Virus genome (UHGV): UHGV-0204626
Reading direction: 5' to 3' (one strand)
Length of the DNA stretch: 39,893 bases
DNA from: a virus
Shown: piece after piece, positions 36,808 through 39,893 of the stretch
How the letters are laid out: every line of letters begins with the position of its first letter
Numbering within the stretch: position 1 is the stretch's first letter
Made by a program: the position numbers and the translations under genes
Notes under the pieces: generated by a model
The model's input: the letters and a program-made list of their open reading frames with translations, nothing else
Databases searched by the model: none
Told to the model about the DNA's origin: nothing

Positions 36808-39225
36808 ATGACAGACATTACAGCCAATGTGATCGTATCAATGCCTTCGCAACTCTTCACTATGGCGCGTTCTTTTAAAGCAGTAGCCAATGGCAAAATT
36901 TATATCGGTAAAATTGACACTGACCCGGTAAATCCTGATAACCAGATTCAGGTCTATGTTGAGAACGAAGATGGTTCTCACGTTCCTGTTGCACAGCCAA
37001 TCGTCATCAATGCCGCTGGGTATCCAGTATATAACGGACAGATTGCCAAATTCGTAACTGTGCAAGGCCATTCTATGGCTGTTTATGATGCGTATGGTGC
37101 GCAGCAGTTCTATTTTCCTAATGTGCTGAAGTATGACCCTGATCAGTTACGTCAGCAATTAGAAGACCCATATGGTGCGGAAAAATACCCTGAATTACAA
37201 ATAGCCAGATGGATAGATGATGGAGATGTAAGGGGGTGGGGGTTAAAACCAGGCTATTATTTTGATAATAGTTCTGTATGGGAAAATCTGTTAAATTCTG
37301 GACGCAAAGATTTTGTTGTGCCTTCTGGTGTTTTCAGATTTTCTAACGGAATTGATATACCAGGAGACTTTAGATTTATAGGGCAGGGCTCTCCTATTCT
37401 TGGTTTTGGCACAGATGATGATAAGCATTTTTTGTCTGAAGGAATTAAGCAAAACATGCCGGGTTCATCATTTATATTTTCTGGAAAAGGGACAAAAGAA
37501 GCCACGGCGTACAATCGCAATGACCAATTTTCAAGCGTAAGGTATTGTGTGCGAGTTATGTCACCAGAGTATGGTTCTAGTGGAGCCGTATTACGTGGTA
37601 TTGCAATAATTCAGGACATGGTCTGCTTTGATGGTGATGGTATTCCAACAACCCCTAATAATGATATGCGTTCAGATTATGAGTGTGGTGTTTATTACGA
37701 CGACTCTGCAAGAAATCTTCAGGAGGATGTTTGTGTATTCGGATACTTTTCAAAAGCAGGTACAATAATTCAGTCAAAGCAAGGAAACGATGACCCTGAT
37801 TACAATACCATTACTGGTGGGTCAACTATGGGGAGAGTCGGTTTAGCAATTCTTGGTTCAAACACTGGGCCTGCAAGTTATGGTCTCAGCGGAACTAGAG
37901 TAGATAAATGTGGTATTTATACCCTTGATCACCACAGTCGTGCATCAATGTCTCATGAAGGGCTTGTTTCTTATTACTCTAGCGCAAACACATGGCGATG
38001 CCTTTATATAGATGGTGATGTTAATGCGACATCCGCTGAAATAAATGGGCATTACTTTTATGGCTGTGAGTTTAGAACCAGAGCTAATCATGCATTAGAA
38101 TTTGATCACGCATCCAACATCCAGTTTTATGGTGGCGTGGTAGAGCAATCCCCTTATGGTATTACAAATTCAGATATTCCGACTTTTATTGGTTCTGAGA
38201 ATGTAAAGAGAGGCGTTGGTTTTTATGGCGTGCGCATGAATTATATTTCTCAGATATTTAATGACAATTTTGCTGGAGTGATTCCTGTAAAAATAATAGT
38301 TTCAGGCGATCCGCTAAACGGTAGATTTGGAGTTGTAGGTAAAGACCCAGCAGGCGGTTATACCGTTGCAATTCTTGGCTCTGATGGGAATATTGGTGAC
38401 GCATCAATTCAGTTTACGAAGAATGCTGCTGATGGGTCTACAGGATGGAAAGTGATGATGGATGCAAGCTCCGACAGACTATTGGTCAGCAAGGATGGAG
38501 AAACCATGACGTCACTCACTGAGACAGGAATGTACACTGTATCGGCTCCATCTGGTTCTGATGCTATGCTTGGCCTGCTCAGTAATGGCAACGCTACATC
38601 TTGGTTCATGAGAACACAATACAACAGTGTAGGTCAATTACAGTTCAGACATGGTGGGTCTGGAGCTACTCCAGCAATGCAAATAGCAACATCAGGGGGA
38701 ATCACTCCTGGAGCTGATGCCACTTCAAATATAGGTAGCGCATCACTACGATATAACATTGGTTATTTTGCCGGAGGAACCCAGTCAAGCTCTGATGCAA
38801 GACTTAAGGATCCGATAAGAGAAATGACAGATTCTGAAAAGTCAGCAGCTAAAGAAATAGGAGAAATGATTGGGTTTTGGACATGGATTGATGATGACTC
38901 AAAGCGTTTGCATGCAGGAATAACAGTTCAATCAGTTATATCTGTATTAGAAAAACATGGATTAAATTGGAAGAATTATTCATTTATAGGTTTTGATGAA
39001 TGGGATGACATATATGATGATGTAGTTAAAGACATCGAAGTTGAAGATGCGAATGGTAATAAAAAAATAATATCGGTTAATTCTGGAGAGAAAAGGCTTG
39101 TAAAAAAAGCAGGGAATCTTTTTCAATTTAGAGACCAAGAATTAGACAGATTTATAATGAGAGGGTTATCAGAAAGGATATCTGATATTGAAGATTTATT
39201 GATTAAAAAAGTTATTAAACAATAA
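36808..39225 (+). CDS. Tailspike protein (P22 gp9-type head-binding domain, divergent receptor-binding domain, C-terminal chaperone-like domain)
   Basis: 805-aa ORF; the first ~110 aa ([43 protein letters not shown]...[13 protein letters not shown]...NVLKYDPDQ) match the P22 tailspike head-binding domain; the central region is Gly-rich (beta-helix-like); the C-terminal ~145 aa begin with [10 protein letters not shown]. Confidence 0.9.
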   Translation: MTDITANVIVSMPSQLFTMARSFKAVANGKIYIGKIDTDPVNPDNQIQVYVENEDGSHVPVAQPIVINAAGYPVYNGQIAKFVTVQGHSMAVYDAYGAQQFYFPNVLKYDPDQLRQQLEDPYGAEKYPELQIARWIDDGDVRGWGLKPGYYFDNSSVWENLLNSGRKDFVVPSGVFRFSNGIDIPGDFRFIGQGSPILGFGTDDDKHFLSEGIKQNMPGSSFIFSGKGTKEATAYNRNDQFSSVRYCVRVMSPEYGSSGAVLRGIAIIQDMVCFDGDGIPTTPNNDMRSDYECGVYYDDSARNLQEDVCVFGYFSKAGTIIQSKQGNDDPDYNTITGGSTMGRVGLAILGSNTGPASYGLSGTRVDKCGIYTLDHHSRASMSHEGLVSYYSSANTWRCLYIDGDVNATSAEINGHYFYGCEFRTRANHALEFDHASNIQFYGGVVEQSPYGITNSDIPTFIGSENVKRGVGFYGVRMNYISQIFNDNFAGVIPVKIIVSGDPLNGRFGVVGKDPAGGYTVAILGSDGNIGDASIQFTKNAADGSTGWKVMMDASSDRLLVSKDGETMTSLTETGMYTVSAPSGSDAMLGLLSNGNATSWFMRTQYNSVGQLQFRHGGSGATPAMQIATSGGITPGADATSNIGSASLRYNIGYFAGGTQSSSDARLKDPIREMTDSEKSAAKEIGEMIGFWTWIDDDSKRLHAGITVQSVISVLEKHGLNWKNYSFIGFDEWDDIYDDVVKDIEVEDANGNKKIISVNSGEKRLVKKAGNLFQFRDQELDRFIMRGLSERISDIEDLLIKKVIKQ

Positions 39226-39278
39226 TACAACAACAAAGCTTTGCACTGGATTGCAAGGCTTTGTGCTCTTCGATAGTT

Positions 39279-39300
39279 AAGGTGGATCACTCCACCTTTT
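39279..39300 (+). terminator. Candidate terminator after the tailspike gene
   Basis: GGTGGA-tcac-TCCACC hairpin followed by TTTT (short T-run). Confidence 0.45.
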
Positions 39301-39597
39301 CATCAATCCAGTCCGCCCACCATTGCATCATTTCTCTGCGCTTAACGTAGCGGATGCCTCACTATCACACGGTGATGGTTCATTACTGCTTTGTAGAATG
39401 GATAGAGAACTGAGGATAAAAAGATATCCCAAAACCCCAAAATCTCATCTTTAGGATTTGCAGAAAGGGAGGTGTGAACAGATACCTGCGCATGAAGACG
39501 GAACTAGTCCAGATGTGATATTTGTGGTGATCACATACATCATCAACGATGCTCGTTATGGTGAGTTTGATGACTACCCGCTGAAGTGAAAATTGTG

Positions 39598-39893
39598 TTG
39601 TGTACCAAATTGCGTACCAAACTAAAATCACAAATCATGAAATCCTTGTTCATGGCGGTTCTCAGGGGTGTTGCGCGTAATCGTGAAAGAGGAAGGTAGG
39701 TTGCTTATCTGTGTCTGTCATTGTCTAGCATTGTCCACTGTAGTTAATTAACTGTCTGTTATAACTCGAAAAACAACCCTTTTTTCACCTGAGTATGTCT
39801 ACGAACGTCAAATATAGTTGTTTACTGTGCGCTGTTGTCCATGTGATATTGTGTACCAGATGTGTACCAAACCATTATTTCTGAGCGTACCAA
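39598..39893. repeat. Clustered 11-12 bp direct repeats TGYGTACCARA (candidate integrase arm-type sites / att region)
   Basis: TGTGTACCAAAT and TGCGTACCAAAC in tandem (39598-39621); TGTGTACCAGA, TGTGTACCAAAC and GCGTACCAA (39850-39893, running to the window edge). Confidence 0.5.

Noticed and set aside
1-39893. CRISPR arrays, insertion sequences or transposons
   Set aside because: I saw no regularly spaced direct repeats with unique spacers and no transposase-like ORF with terminal inverted repeats; the only repeat families are the ori iterons, the operator sites and the right-end TGYGTACCARA motifs.

Overview
The window reads as a complete or near-complete P22-like temperate phage genome (short-tailed, lambdoid regulation) of about 39.9 kb, laid out from the integrase to the tailspike. 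All calls are from reading the six-frame translations and the DNA by eye; no database search was run. Left to right: a rightward tyrosine integrase (10-1188); a leftward early operon with excisionase-like, DUF551-like, Ead/Ea22-like, 3'-5' exonuclease, SSB, a recombinase, Kil, cIII, two accessory genes and an N-like antiterminator (1169-8422); the immunity region with c2 repressor, operators, cro, nutL/nutR and cII (8750-10263); replication genes O (with ori iterons) and a DnaB-like helicase; a lambda-type nin region (NinB, Dam-type methyltransferase, NinE, NinF, Rha/KilAC, YbcO-like, RusA, NinH, Q); a lambda-like lysis cassette (S, R, Rz/Rz1); then P22-type terminase, portal, scaffold, coat, gp4/gp10/gp26, ejection proteins gp7/gp20/gp16, an immI-like region (mnt, arc, ant) and a tailspike. 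The most interesting candidates for undescribed biology are two AT-rich accessory loci: three leftward genes co-transcribed with mnt at 33820-35225 (two with signal peptides), and a 156-aa gene plus an ER/K-rich coiled-coil gene sitting between N and cIII (6535-8114). Also notable are a mosaic recombinase, a tRNA-like element between Q and the holin, a tailspike with a predicted C-terminal autoproteolytic chaperone module, and repeated TGYGTACCARA motifs at the right end that are probably integrase arm sites.
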